This document shows positions 18,212-34,362 of a DNA stretch of 64,000 nucleotides, one piece after another. Within the stretch, counting starts at the first letter, position 1; each line of letters starts with the position of its first letter. The translations under genes and the position numbers were made by a program. The notes below the pieces were generated by a model. The model did not search any database, had not been told where the DNA came from, and worked only from the letters and a program-made list of their open reading frames with translations. This stretch comes from an uncultured Woeseiaceae bacterium (GTDB taxonomy: Bacteria > Pseudomonadota > Gammaproteobacteria > Steroidobacterales > Woeseiaceae), in the NCBI GenBank assembly GCA_964428605.1, contig CAYRZI010000003.1, positions 173-64,172 of the forward strand, written 5' to 3'.

Positions 18212-18781
18212 ATGACGCTGCGCATCAGCATCGATCTCGAGGATTCGGATCTCGATCACTTCCGCCTGATCATGAAAGAGGCGCGCCAGGCCGCAGGCCG
18301 GGCCACCGAGCAGGAGATCATCGCCGCGGCCGAAAACCTGCTCGGCCAGGTCCGCGAGGGCAAGGTGCCCGCCTACATCCAGGAGCGGCTCGAGAAGCTC
18401 CGTGTGCTCACGGACATGCTGCGCGACGAGGAGTGGCAGCTCCCCGACGAGGAGAAGAGCCGGGTGATCAACGCACTGGCCTACTTCGCGGAGCCCGAGG
18501 ATCTCATCCCCGATCACATCCCCGGGCTCGGTTTCCTGGACGACGCCATCATGGTGGAGCTGGTCGTGCGCGAGCTGCGCCACGAGATCGAGGCGTACCA
18601 GGATTTCTGCGAGTTCCGCGTGCGCGAGGAAGTGCGCCGCGGACGGAAGAACGAGGACCCGGTCACCCGGGAGGAATGGCTGCGCAGCCGGCGCCGCGAG
18701 CTGCACTCGCGGATGCGCCGGCGCCGGCGCAGTGAACGCAAGCGCGGCGGCTCGCGCCGCTCGCCCCTGTCGCTGTTCTGA
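18212..18781 (+). CDS. YkvA/DUF1232-family protein
   Basis: ALAYF.EPEDLIPD.IPGLGFLDD; AGGAG SD; Arg-rich tail. Confidence 0.85.
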   Translation: MTLRISIDLEDSDLDHFRLIMKEARQAAGRATEQEIIAAAENLLGQVREGKVPAYIQERLEKLRVLTDMLRDEEWQLPDEEKSRVINALAYFAEPEDLIPDHIPGLGFLDDAIMVELVVRELRHEIEAYQDFCEFRVREEVRRGRKNEDPVTREEWLRSRRRELHSRMRRRRRSERKRGGSRRSPLSLF

Positions 18782-18782
18782 C

Positions 18783-19136
18783 TTGGGCGCGGCGGAGGGA
18801 ACCCTCCCCCGGGATTACCGGGCGGCGGTCGCGGCGCTGGAACGCACCGTTGCCGTACAGCTGCGCGACGAGCTGGCCGGGGCGGGTGCCGGCCGGCAGG
18901 AACTGGCCATGGAACTCCGGCGCCGCCGTGACGACTACCGCACCTGGCACCGCATGACCGAAGTGCCCCGGCAGGTGGCCGGGGTCGCGGAACGCCTGAT
19001 CCGGGGCGAACCGGCTCCCGCGGCGCGCCGCGAACTGGAACTGGCCGTGCTGGCCGCTATGGTCAGAGCCCACGAGCGGGCGCTGGAGCAGAGCGGTGAG
19101 CCGGGCGGGGCCCGCCCCGGGGCTCACGGCCAGTAG
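18783..19136 (+). CDS. Hypothetical protein
   Basis: ORF fills the gap right after DUF1232; TTG start uncertain. Confidence 0.45.
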   Translation: MGAAEGTLPRDYRAAVAALERTVAVQLRDELAGAGAGRQELAMELRRRRDDYRTWHRMTEVPRQVAGVAERLIRGEPAPAARRELELAVLAAMVRAHERALEQSGEPGGARPGAHGQ

Positions 19137-19408
19137 AACCAGCCGGTGAACACCACGTCCGCCCACATGAGAGCCTGGGCGGGCCAGCGCCACCGAAGCT
19201 GTTTCAGCTGGGCGTAGAAACTTGCCCCCGCCACGACTGTCATAGCCATGAACAGCCCGAGGCTGCCCACCAGCGGACGGAACTCCGCCACGAGCCGCGG
19301 ATACTCGTCGCCAAGGATGACGAAGATCAGCATGACCACGGCGAGGCCGAGGCTGATGGAGGCCGCCGAGCCGAGGACGATGCCGGTGATTATGGTGAGT
19401 GGCTGCAT
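19124..19408 (-). CDS. Small three-TM hypothetical protein
   Basis: MQPLTIITGIVLGSAASISLGL...YPRL; hydrophobic. Confidence 0.7.
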   Translation of the reverse strand: MQPLTIITGIVLGSAASISLGLAVVMLIFVILGDEYPRLVAEFRPLVGSLGLFMAMTVVAGASFYAQLKQLRWRWPAQALMWADVVFTGWFYWP

Positions 19409-19530
19409 AGGGCGTGTCGAGCGTTGCGAAGGCGTGTCGTTTGCCCTTGATCGCCGGGCCGGGGCATTCTAGCCTTGCCTCGGCGGGGTGCAAGTGCCGC
19501 CGCCGCGTCGGAATCGAGGACGGATCTGGA

Positions 19531-21657
19531 ATGATGAAGAAAATCAGAGCTGGTTTATTGGCGACGGCGATCGTAGTGGCCGGTGCCTGGGCAGGCGGCC
19601 TCGTACCCGTCGCCGCGGATGCCGTCCCTGCGCAGAGCAACCCGACGCTGGCACCCACCGACCGTCACGAGCAGATCGCGACCCTGGTCACCGATTTCAT
19701 CGAACGCTCCCACTACCGCCGCACGGAAGTCGACGACGATGTGTCGGCACGCGTCCTCGACGCCTACATCGAGGCCCTGGACGGCAACCGTTCCTACTTC
19801 CTCCGTTCGGACATCGAGGCGTTCGAGCAGTACCGGGACGAACTCGACGACGCCCTCTCCCGTGACGCAAGCCTCGAGCCCGCTTTCGAGATCTTCCGGG
19901 TGTACCGCCAGCGCGCCGAGCGCCAGATCGGCCACGCGCTGGCCCTGCTCGAGGAGGAGCCCGATTTCTCCGTGGAAGAGGCGTTCCGCTTCGACCGCGA
20001 GGACGCGCCCTGGGCAGCGGACCAGGCCGAGCTGGACGAACTCTGGCGCAAGCGGGTGAAGAACGACGCCCTCAGCCTCGTGCTGACCGAGAAACCCTGG
20101 GACGAGGTACGCGACATCCTCGAGAAGCGCTATCAGCGTTTCCAGAAGCGCTTCCAGCAGATCAACAGCGACGACGTGTTCGAGACGTTCATGAACTCCT
20201 ACGCGCGCACCATGGATCCGCACTCGAGCTACCTCTCGCCGCGTAACTCCGAGGAATACCAGATCCAGATGAGCCTGTCCTACTTCGGCATCGGCGCCTC
20301 GCTGCAGATGGAGGACGAGTACGTCACGGTGATGAACATCATCCCCGGGGGGCCTGCGGCCATCGACGGCCAGCTCGAGCCCACCGACCGCATTACCGCC
20401 GTGGGCCAGGGCGAGGACGGCGAGATGGTGGACGTCATCGGCTGGCGCCTGGACGATGTGGTGCAGCTCATCCGCGGGCCGGCCGGAACCACCGTGCGGC
20501 TGCAGATACTGCCCGGCAACGCCCTGCCCGGTGCCGAGGAGGAGATGCTCTCGCTGGTGCGCGACCAGGTGAAGCTGGAGGAGCAGGCCGCGAAGAGCGA
20601 CATCGTCACCATCCCCCGCGACGGCCGCGACTGGCGGGTGGGCGTGATCACCGTGCCCAGCTTCTACCGGGACTACGAGGCCCAGCGCGACGGCGAGAAA
20701 GACTTCACGAGCACCACCCGCGACGTCGAGCGCCTCATCGGCGAACTGGAGCAGGAAGGCATCGACGGCCTCATCGTCGACCTGCGCAACAACGGCGGCG
20801 GCCATCTCACCGAGGCCACCGCGCTGTCCGGGCTGTTCATCGACCGTGGCCCCGTGGTCCAGCTGCGCGACTCCACCGGCCGCATCAGCGTGATCGACGA
20901 TCAGTGGAAGAACGGCGTCGCCTACGACGGCCCGCTGGCCGTGCTGGTCAACCGGTTCAGCGCCTCGGCCTCCGAGATCTTCGCCGCGGCTGTCCAGGAC
21001 TACGAGCGCGGCGTGGTGATCGGCCAGCGCACCTTCGGCAAGGGTACGGTGCAGAACCTCTACGCCCTGGACCGTTTCCAGCGCGACCGCAGCGGCGGGG
21101 GCCTCGGGCAGCTGACACTCACCATCGGCAAGTACTACCGGGTCACCGGCGACAGCACCCAGCACCGGGGCGTGGACCCGGATATCGCCCTGCCCTCCAT
21201 GATCGACGCCGAGGAGGTGGGCGAGAGCACCCGTGAGACCGCGCTGCCGTGGGATCGGATACGGGCCACCCGCTACGATGCGCGCGAACCGCTGGATCCC
21301 ACCATCGACCTGCTGTCCACGAGCTTCCGTGAGCGGCTGAAGAGCGACCCGGACTACGACTATCTGCTGAAGGACATCGAGGCCGCGCAGACCATGCGCG
21401 AGCGCACGACGGTGTCGCTGTCGCTGGACGAGCGCAAGGCGGAGCGGGAGCGCATGCAGGCGGAGCGCCTGACACGGGAGAACGAACGCCGCGAGGCCCT
21501 GGGTCTCGAGCCGGTGGAGTCCGTCGAGGCGCTGGACGAGGAGGAAGAACCGGACATCCTGCTCAAGGAGGCCGCCTCCATCGTCGCCGACATGGCCCAG
21601 TTCCTGGGCCTGCCGCGCCCGCCCGCCACCGAGAGAGCCGCCCGCAACGACCTCTGA
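19531..21657 (+). CDS. prc: Tail-specific (carboxy-terminal processing) protease, S41A
   Basis: DPHSSYLSPR, PDZ GIGASL, DLRNNGGG, SASASEIFA, TFGKGTVQ. Confidence 0.95.
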   Translation: MMKKIRAGLLATAIVVAGAWAGGLVPVAADAVPAQSNPTLAPTDRHEQIATLVTDFIERSHYRRTEVDDDVSARVLDAYIEALDGNRSYFLRSDIEAFEQYRDELDDALSRDASLEPAFEIFRVYRQRAERQIGHALALLEEEPDFSVEEAFRFDREDAPWAADQAELDELWRKRVKNDALSLVLTEKPWDEVRDILEKRYQRFQKRFQQINSDDVFETFMNSYARTMDPHSSYLSPRNSEEYQIQMSLSYFGIGASLQMEDEYVTVMNIIPGGPAAIDGQLEPTDRITAVGQGEDGEMVDVIGWRLDDVVQLIRGPAGTTVRLQILPGNALPGAEEEMLSLVRDQVKLEEQAAKSDIVTIPRDGRDWRVGVITVPSFYRDYEAQRDGEKDFTSTTRDVERLIGELEQEGIDGLIVDLRNNGGGHLTEATALSGLFIDRGPVVQLRDSTGRISVIDDQWKNGVAYDGPLAVLVNRFSASASEIFAAAVQDYERGVVIGQRTFGKGTVQNLYALDRFQRDRSGGGLGQLTLTIGKYYRVTGDSTQHRGVDPDIALPSMIDAEEVGESTRETALPWDRIRATRYDAREPLDPTIDLLSTSFRERLKSDPDYDYLLKDIEAAQTMRERTTVSLSLDERKAERERMQAERLTRENERREALGLEPVESVEALDEEEEPDILLKEAASIVADMAQFLGLPRPPATERAARNDL

Positions 21658-21687
21658 GCCGCCCGTGCCGCGCGCAGGCATACCTCC

Positions 21688-21725
21688 TTGTCAACGGCGC
21701 CTCAGGTGTTATACTCAACTACAAC
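21688..21725 (+). promoter_or_regulatory. Sigma70 promoter of the RND operon with an overlapping palindrome
   Basis: TTGTCA-16-TATACT; TGTTATA-N6-TACAACA overlaps the -10. Confidence 0.5.
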
Positions 21726-21828
21726 ACTAGTCAACCATGGTACCAGTACGGGGCATCCGGATCCCTGCCGGCCGGAATCATGGCCGTACCCGGGTGCCGA
21801 TGCAGCATCCGTCACACTGCAAGGAAGT

Positions 21829-22980
21829 ATGAAGGCGATGGACACAAGGGACGCGATACGCCGGGGACGGCTCCCGGCCGGACTGCTGACCGCCCTGCTG
21901 CTCTTCGGCTGCGACGGTTCCGGGAGCTCGGCGCCGGCTGACGCGGCGCCCGCCGGGGATACGGACGCGGAAGAGAAGACGGAGGCCGTCATACCGGTGG
22001 AGGTGGCTGCCGTCGCCCGCGACGACATCTACGCGGTCTATTCGGGCACCGCCGCCCTGGAGGCCTTCGCCGAAGCGGAGGTGGTGGCGAAGGTGGGGGG
22101 GGAGATCCGGGAGATCCTCGCCGAGGAAGGCGACATCGTGCAGCGGGGCGAGGTGCTGGCCCGGCTGGACGGCGACCGGCTGCGACTCGAGCTCGAACAG
22201 GCGCGGGCCAACCTGGAGAAGGCCCAGCAGGAGTATCGGCGCAACACCGAACTGCACGAGAAGGGCCTGCTGGCCGCAGGAGCCTTCGAGAATCTCAAGT
22301 ACGAACTGGACGCGCTGCAGGCGGCATTCGAACTCGCCCGGCTCGAATACAGCTACACCGAGATCCGCGCCCCCATCGACGGCATCGTCTCCCAGCGTCT
22401 CGTCAAGACGGGCAACACCATTGCCGTGAACACGCCGATGTTCCGGGTGACCGACCTCGATCCCATCGTCTCCTACCTGCACGTGCCCGAAAGGGAATTC
22501 GGCAAGATCGAGCAGGGCCAGCCCGTGTTCATCAGCATCGACGCCCTGCCCGGCGAACGCTTCCGCGGCGCCGTCGAGCGCATCAGCCCGGTGGTCGATG
22601 CCGGGACCGGCACGTTCAAGGTGACCGTGGAGGTAGACGAGGAGGACACGGCACTGAAGCCGGGCATGTTCGGCCGCCTGGACATCGTCTACGACTCGCG
22701 GCCGGCGCGGCTGCTGGTGCCCCGGCCGGCAGTGATCGAGACCGAATCCGGCCCGGCGGTGTTCGTGGTACGCGACGGCGTGGTCGAGCGCCGCGACGTG
22801 GAGACCGGCATCGCCTGGGACAACCGGCTGGAGATCGTCTCAGGGGTCGAGGAGAGCGAGGAGGTTGTGGTGGTCGGCCAGTCCGGCCTGCGCGACGGCG
22901 CCCGGGTCAAGGTGGTAGTGAACGAAGAGACCGCGATGCAGCTTAATGCGGAACTCGCGTCGCGCCGCAACCGGCTGTGA
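21829..22980 (+). CDS. RND periplasmic adaptor (MFP) lipoprotein
   Basis: Lipobox LFGC; EGDIVQRGEVLARLD, IRAPIDGIV, LKPGMFG. Confidence 0.93.
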   Translation: MKAMDTRDAIRRGRLPAGLLTALLLFGCDGSGSSAPADAAPAGDTDAEEKTEAVIPVEVAAVARDDIYAVYSGTAALEAFAEAEVVAKVGGEIREILAEEGDIVQRGEVLARLDGDRLRLELEQARANLEKAQQEYRRNTELHEKGLLAAGAFENLKYELDALQAAFELARLEYSYTEIRAPIDGIVSQRLVKTGNTIAVNTPMFRVTDLDPIVSYLHVPEREFGKIEQGQPVFISIDALPGERFRGAVERISPVVDAGTGTFKVTVEVDEEDTALKPGMFGRLDIVYDSRPARLLVPRPAVIETESGPAVFVVRDGVVERRDVETGIAWDNRLEIVSGVEESEEVVVVGQSGLRDGARVKVVVNEETAMQLNAELASRRNRL

Positions 22981-23011
22981 ACCGGCGCCGGATACCGGGC
23001 AGGAGTCTCGC

Positions 23012-26230
<3,219 letters not shown>

Positions 26231-26246
26231 CGAGGCGGGGCCCGGC

Positions 26247-29200
26247 ATGCGCCACACCGAATTCTCACTGCGCCGGCCGGTCACGGTCACCATGATCTTC
26301 GCGGCGCTGGCCGGCATCGGCCTGATTTCGTCCCGGCTGCTCCCGCTCGAACAATTCCCGGATATCGAGTGGCCGGGCTTTTTCATCAATATCCCCTACG
26401 AGGGATCCACGCCGGAAGAGGTGGAGCGGCTGATCACCCGGCCTGCCGAGGCGGCACTGTCCACCCTCTCCGGCGTCAAGCGCATGAATTCCACCTCCCG
26501 CGCCGACGGCGCGCAGATCTGGATGGAGTACGGCTTCAACTCCAATGCCGCCACGGAGGCAGTGGAGGCCCGGGTGAAGCTGGATGCCATCCGCGACGAC
26601 CTGCCGCCGGACCTCAAGCGCATCATGGTCTACAGCGGCTCACTGAACGACGAGCCCATCATGACGCTGCGCCTGTCCTCCGACCGGGACCTCTCGCAGG
26701 AGTACCTGATGCTCGACCGGGTGCTGAAGCGCCGTATCGAGCGCATCGAGGGCGTCTCGAAGGTGGAGCTGCAGGGCGTAGAGCCGCCGGAGGTGCGCAT
26801 CCTGCTCGACTCCGGCCGCGTCGCCGCCCACGGCATCAACCTCTACGAGCTCTACGACCTCCTGCAGCGCAGCAATTTCTCCGTGAGCGCGGGACGGCTG
26901 GAGAGCGGCGAGCAGCGCTGGACGCTGCGCTCGGACGGCGAGCTCCGCAGCCTGGCGGAGATCGGCAACCTGATCGTCGCCGGCGGTAACCTGCGCCTGG
27001 CGGACATCGCAGAGATCCGGCTGGTGCCCGAGGAGCGTGACTACGGCCGTCACCTCGACGGTCGTGAGGCAGTCGGCCTCAGCGTCACCCGGGCCAGCGG
27101 CGCGAATATGGTGCAGGTGGCCGACCGGGTCAACGAGGAGCTGGAACGCATCGCCGAGCTGCCCTCGATGCGGGGCATCCGCATCTTCAACATCGACAAC
27201 AAGGCGGACAGCGTCCGCTCGTCACTGGTCAACCTGCTGCAGGCGGGACTCATCGGGTCCGTGCTGGCGGTGCTGGTGCTCTATCTGTTCCTGCGCCAGA
27301 TCACCACCACGCTCATCGTCATGCTGGCGGTGCCGGTCTCGCTGGTCATCACGCTGGGGGTGATGTACTTCAGCGGCCTCACACTGAACATCCTCACCCT
27401 GATGGGGCTCATGCTCGCGGTCGGCATGCTGGTGGACAACTCCGTGGTAATCACGGAGAGCATCTTCCGTTATCGCCAGAAATACCCCGGCGAGCCGCAG
27501 CGGGCCGCGCTGGCCGGAGTGAGGGAGGTGGGGCTCGCGGTGATCGCCAGCACCGCCACCTCGGTCTGCGTGTTCCTGCCGATCGTCTTCGGCGAGCAGA
27601 TCGACATCACCGTGTTCCTCTGGCACGTCGGCGTGACCATCTCGGTGGCCATCGTGCTCTCGCTGCTCGTCTCCCAGACGCTGATTCCGCTGCTGGCCAG
27701 CCGGGTACCGGCGCCGCCGCCGGCGAAACCGGGCAGCTTCATGGCCGGCCTCGCCGGGCGCTACACCCGGGCGCTGGCCTGGACGCTCGCCCATCCGCGC
27801 TGGTCGGCGTTCGCCGCCGTCATCGTGCTGGCCTCGCCCGCCGCGCCTATCGGGCTCGGCATGCTGCAGACGGACATGTTCCCCCAGGAGCCGTCACGGC
27901 GTCTCGAGCTCATCTACCACATCGACGACGTCTACCCGGTGGAACGGGTAGAGATGGCCGTCGACCGCATGGAGGCGTTCCTGTTCGAGAACGCGGATCG
28001 TCTCGACATCGAGTCGGTCTACAGCTACTACGACACCGGCCGGGCCCAGTCCAGCATCCTGCTGACCGAGGGCGACGCCGTCACGATGGACGCCCGGCAG
28101 GTAATGGACACCATCCTCGAGGAGATGCCCGAGCTCGTCATCGGCAAGCCGGACTTCCAGTGGCAGCAGCAGGGCGGCGGCCCGGGCTTCGGCGTCACGC
28201 TCACGGGCGAGTCCACCGAACGGCTGGCCGAACTCGCGGGGGAGGCCTGGCGCGTACTGTCCACCGTCGAGGGCCTCGAGGGGCTCACCTCGGACCTGGT
28301 CGCGGGCCCGCGGGAGGTGCAGGTGGTGGTGGACCGGGAACGGGCGGCGCGCATCGGGCTGACCAGCCGGGCCGTGGGCCAGGCGGTCGCGGTGGCGATG
28401 CGCGGCCAGCCGCTGCGTGAGTTCCGTACGCCGGACGGCGAGATCGGGGTGCGCCTCGCCTTCCGCGAGGACGACCGCCAGACCATGGAACAACTGGCCA
28501 ACCTCACCATCATGGCGCCGTCGGGCGAGCGGGTGCTGCTGGGCGCGGTCGCCGACCTGCACGAGCGCAGCGGCCCGCGTCAGATCCGACGCACCGACCG
28601 CCGGACCTCGGTGAAGATCTCCGGCTCCATCGACGGCGACAGCTCGATGTCGGAGATTCGGCCCGTGGTTCAGCAGCTCATGGACCAGATCGACTATCCC
28701 CCGGGCTATGCCTGGAGCTTCGGCGAGGGCGTGGACCGCAGCGACGAGACCCGGCAACTCCTCCTGCAGAACATCCTGCTGGGCGTCGCGCTGATCTTCA
28801 TCGTGATGGCGGCGCTGTTCGAGTCCGTGCTATACCCGGTCTCCATCATGGTCTCGCTGATCTACTCGATCACGGGCGTCATCTGGTTCCTCGCCCTCAC
28901 CGGCACCACCATGAGCTTCATGGCCATGATCGGCATCATGATCCTGATCGGCATCGTGGTGAACAACGGCATCGTGCTCGTGGACCACATCAACAACCTG
29001 CGCCGTGAAGGCATGCCGAGGGAACAGGCGGTGCTGGAAGGCGCGCGGGACCGGCTGCGGCCGATTCTCATGACCGTCGCAACCACCATCCTCGGCCTGC
29101 TGCCGCTGGCCATCTCCACCACCAAGGTGGGCGGCGACGGACCCTCCTATTTCCCGATGGCGCGGGCGATCATCGGCGGCCTCGCCTTCTCCACGGTCAC

Positions 29201-29306
29201 TTCTCTGCTGCTGGTGCCGCTGGTGTACGTGAGCCTGGACCGGGCGAAGAACTGGGGGATACGGGTGCGCCACTACGCGCGGGCGGACGCCTCGGCCTCC
29301 GCCTGA
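26247..29306 (+). CDS. RND efflux permease, subunit 2
   Basis: 1019 aa; GMLVDNSVVITES, GIVVNNGIVL, RLRPILMT. Confidence 0.95.
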   Translation: MRHTEFSLRRPVTVTMIFAALAGIGLISSRLLPLEQFPDIEWPGFFINIPYEGSTPEEVERLITRPAEAALSTLSGVKRMNSTSRADGAQIWMEYGFNSNAATEAVEARVKLDAIRDDLPPDLKRIMVYSGSLNDEPIMTLRLSSDRDLSQEYLMLDRVLKRRIERIEGVSKVELQGVEPPEVRILLDSGRVAAHGINLYELYDLLQRSNFSVSAGRLESGEQRWTLRSDGELRSLAEIGNLIVAGGNLRLADIAEIRLVPEERDYGRHLDGREAVGLSVTRASGANMVQVADRVNEELERIAELPSMRGIRIFNIDNKADSVRSSLVNLLQAGLIGSVLAVLVLYLFLRQITTTLIVMLAVPVSLVITLGVMYFSGLTLNILTLMGLMLAVGMLVDNSVVITESIFRYRQKYPGEPQRAALAGVREVGLAVIASTATSVCVFLPIVFGEQIDITVFLWHVGVTISVAIVLSLLVSQTLIPLLASRVPAPPPAKPGSFMAGLAGRYTRALAWTLAHPRWSAFAAVIVLASPAAPIGLGMLQTDMFPQEPSRRLELIYHIDDVYPVERVEMAVDRMEAFLFENADRLDIESVYSYYDTGRAQSSILLTEGDAVTMDARQVMDTILEEMPELVIGKPDFQWQQQGGGPGFGVTLTGESTERLAELAGEAWRVLSTVEGLEGLTSDLVAGPREVQVVVDRERAARIGLTSRAVGQAVAVAMRGQPLREFRTPDGEIGVRLAFREDDRQTMEQLANLTIMAPSGERVLLGAVADLHERSGPRQIRRTDRRTSVKISGSIDGDSSMSEIRPVVQQLMDQIDYPPGYAWSFGEGVDRSDETRQLLLQNILLGVALIFIVMAALFESVLYPVSIMVSLIYSITGVIWFLALTGTTMSFMAMIGIMILIGIVVNNGIVLVDHINNLRREGMPREQAVLEGARDRLRPILMTVATTILGLLPLAISTTKVGGDGPSYFPMARAIIGGLAFSTVTSLLLVPLVYVSLDRAKNWGIRVRHYARADASASA

Positions 29307-29333
29307 GACCGTCCGGGGCGAGTCGGCCGACGC

Positions 29334-30368
29334 TCAGGACAGCAGCGCGTCGGTGACGTGCCAGAACTCTTCGGCGAGCACGTTCACGTCAGGCTCGTCG
29401 ATGTCGGCGGAATCGCCAGCCGCCTCCAGCGACTCCGGCAGGGGCACGGTGTCGCCACGGCGCTCGTAACTGGCGCGGGCGCTCAACACCTGGGTGCGCC
29501 GGCGGACTTCGGCTGCGAATTCGCCGCCCGCCTCGGCCTCTTCCAGCGCCTTCAGCCGCCCGCTCAGCCGGGTTAGCAGCATGTCGCAGTCCCTGTCGCT
29601 GCCGTAGTCGATGCTGCCCGGCGTGCGCTCCATGGCCGCACGGGCCATCTCGGTGAAGCCGAAGGCCGAGAAGTGCCGGTAGAGATACTCCGCCAGGGCG
29701 ATCACCATGCAGTTCACGAGCCGCCTGCCCTGCACCGACAATCCGGGGTAATCGGGCGGCGTGGCCTTCTGCAGCCGGCCGTATTCGCGTGTGAGCTCGT
29801 CCGCCTGCGCGGACACTTCCTGCAGCTCGGTCTCCAGCGGCTCGCGCTCGGCGCGTATCGCCCGCCGGCGGAAGAAGTTCCAGAACCCCCGCAGGCCGGC
29901 CAGACGCTCGTCGCTGTCGTTGAGCGCTGCCTCGAGTTCGCGCCGCCGCGCCCGGACGCGGTCGAGCCGTGCGGCCGCCTCGCGCCGCAGTGCGGTCTGC
30001 TCCGATGCCCACGCGGCCAGCAGGCGCTTGCGCTCGCGCTCCGTGACCTGCGCGGTCATCTGGCCGGCGAATTTCTCCAGCCGCGCATGGCAGCGCTTCC
30101 ACACACCGCGGATCTGGTAGAACACCACGGCCCGGCTGGCCGCGCTGCGGTCGGCCAGCAGTTCCTCCAGGCCGTCGAGCTTCTGCTGCAGACGGGCGTT
30201 GCGCCCCTCCTGGGCCTTCAGCTGATCCAGCAGCTCGAAGCGCTCCTTGCGCAGCCGGGAGTATTCCTTCTTCAGCTCCGCCCGGTTCCAGTACAGGTGC
30301 AGCAGCTTGTCGTCGTCCTGCTCGACCTGGGGGTCCGGAGAACCGAAGAGTTGTGCCAGTGCTGCCAT
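29334..30368 (-). CDS. Hypothetical coiled-coil protein
   Basis: 344-aa ORF; LLHLYWNRAELKKE; two coiled-coil stretches. Confidence 0.75.
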   Translation of the reverse strand: MAALAQLFGSPDPQVEQDDDKLLHLYWNRAELKKEYSRLRKERFELLDQLKAQEGRNARLQQKLDGLEELLADRSAASRAVVFYQIRGVWKRCHARLEKFAGQMTAQVTERERKRLLAAWASEQTALRREAAARLDRVRARRRELEAALNDSDERLAGLRGFWNFFRRRAIRAEREPLETELQEVSAQADELTREYGRLQKATPPDYPGLSVQGRRLVNCMVIALAEYLYRHFSAFGFTEMARAAMERTPGSIDYGSDRDCDMLLTRLSGRLKALEEAEAGGEFAAEVRRRTQVLSARASYERRGDTVPLPESLEAAGDSADIDEPDVNVLAEEFWHVTDALLS

Positions 30369-30516
30369 CGGCGTGCCCTTGACATAATCGGCACCCGCGC
30401 CGTCCGCCAGCGGGGGACCGTTCAGATGGGCGAATGCTGGCAGCTCCGCGCCTGCCGTTCCATGACCGGATCGACACTTTCGGCGGCGGGCCGCCGCGGG
30501 CAGAGGGAATGGCGGC

Positions 30517-30987
30517 TCAGCCCGGCGGACGGACCGCCGCGGGGAATGCGTGGCTGCGGTCCAGGCAGTACTCCAGCCACTTGTTGAGCATGACGTTGCG
30601 GGCCCAGCGGCTGTCCAGCTCGCTCCGGAACTCGCTGGCCAGCCGGCGGAACAGTTCGTGATGATGCTCGCGGTTGAGGCGCATCGCCTCCGCCAGGCCG
30701 CCGTCGAAATACACCCTTACCGTGAGATCCGGGTCGGCCACGATGCCGCCCGCCTCCTCGAAGCGGTAGGTCATGGCGAGGGTGGAGGTATAGGGCGTGC
30801 GTTCCAGTACGCTCAGATGCAGGTCGCAGTCGCCGTCCACCCGCGAGACATGCTCGCCGCGCATGTCGCGCAGACCGGGCGCCATGCGCAGCAGCCGCAG
30901 GTAGTTGCTCTCGTACAGGGTCATCAGCCCGGCGAAGCTGCGCGGGCGCACGACGGTCTGCGGCAGGATGAGGCTGTCGGCGATCAT
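30517..30987 (-). CDS. DUF1249 (YqiB-like) protein
   Basis: LMTLYESNY.RL, ERTPYTS, PDLTVRVYFD..LAE, N.MLNKWLEYCL. Confidence 0.85.
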   Translation of the reverse strand: MIADSLILPQTVVRPRSFAGLMTLYESNYLRLLRMAPGLRDMRGEHVSRVDGDCDLHLSVLERTPYTSTLAMTYRFEEAGGIVADPDLTVRVYFDGGLAEAMRLNREHHHELFRRLASEFRSELDSRWARNVMLNKWLEYCLDRSHAFPAAVRPPG

Positions 30988-31075
30988 GGGCGGAATATAG
31001 CACACGGCCGGCGCCGCCCCGCGCGCCCAGAAATCGCCGCGAAAATCAAGGTTTACGTGTTGCCGAGGCCATGAT

Positions 31076-31900
31076 CTAGGGACGTGTGCGGCGTTCCAGA
31101 CCGGTGCTGTCGAGGATGCGGCTGGAGATCTCCTCGATGGAGAATTCCGTGGTGTCGATGTAGGGGATGTCATAGCGGCGGAACAGCTTCTCGGCCTCGC
31201 GCAGCTCGTAGCGCACCTGCTGGGCGCTCGAGTAGCGCCCCTTCGAGCGGCGCTCGCGGCGGATCTGCTGCAGCCGCGCCGGCGCGATGGTCAGGCCGAA
31301 CAGCTTGTGGCGGTGCTTCATCAGGAGGCCGGGCAGTTCGCCGCTCTCGAACTCCTCCTCGGTCAGCGGGAAGTTGGCGGCGTAGACGCCGTACTGGAGC
31401 GCGAGATACAGGCAGGTGGGCGTCTTGCCCGAGCGGGAGACGCCGAGCAGGATCACGTCGGCCTGTTCGTAATTGCGCACCGTCGCGCCGTCGTCGTTGG
31501 CCAGGGCGAAGTTGGTGGCTTCGATGCGCTTCATGTAGACGTTGGGGTCGGAGACGCCGTGGGCCTTGCCCGCCGAATGCGAGGACTCCTGTTCCAGTTC
31601 CTCCTCGAGTTCACCGAGGAAGGCGTCGAAAATATCGAGATAAAGCCCCTCCGAACCCTGTATGATGCGGCGAAGATCATCGTGAACAAGTGTGCTGAAG
31701 ACGATCGGACGGATGCCCTCCCGGCGCGCCGCGTCGTTGATTTTTTTCAGCGCAGCCAGTGCCTTGTCATCATTGTCGATAAATGGCAAAGTCACCTGCC
31801 GGAAATCCTTGCTGTCGAATTGGGTGAGCAGACTGTGGCCCAGCGTCTCGGCCGTGACACCGGTTTGGTCGGACAGAAAAAAGACGGTTCTTTGGCCCAT
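31076..31900 (-). CDS. ppsR: PEP synthase regulatory kinase/pyrophosphorylase
   Basis: [33 protein letters not shown]; divergent from ppsA. Confidence 0.95.
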   Translation of the reverse strand: MGQRTVFFLSDQTGVTAETLGHSLLTQFDSKDFRQVTLPFIDNDDKALAALKKINDAARREGIRPIVFSTLVHDDLRRIIQGSEGLYLDIFDAFLGELEEELEQESSHSAGKAHGVSDPNVYMKRIEATNFALANDDGATVRNYEQADVILLGVSRSGKTPTCLYLALQYGVYAANFPLTEEEFESGELPGLLMKHRHKLFGLTIAPARLQQIRRERRSKGRYSSAQQVRYELREAEKLFRRYDIPYIDTTEFSIEEISSRILDSTGLERRTRP

Positions 31901-31980
31901 GGTTCGATCCGCGACGCGAGACTCAACGCGAGGGTCGTTGGATTGTGCACGTTCGGGTCGATAACACAAGGGAGTCGGCT

Positions 31981-34344
<2,364 letters not shown>

Positions 34345-34362
34345 CGCCTGCCGGCTCGTCCC

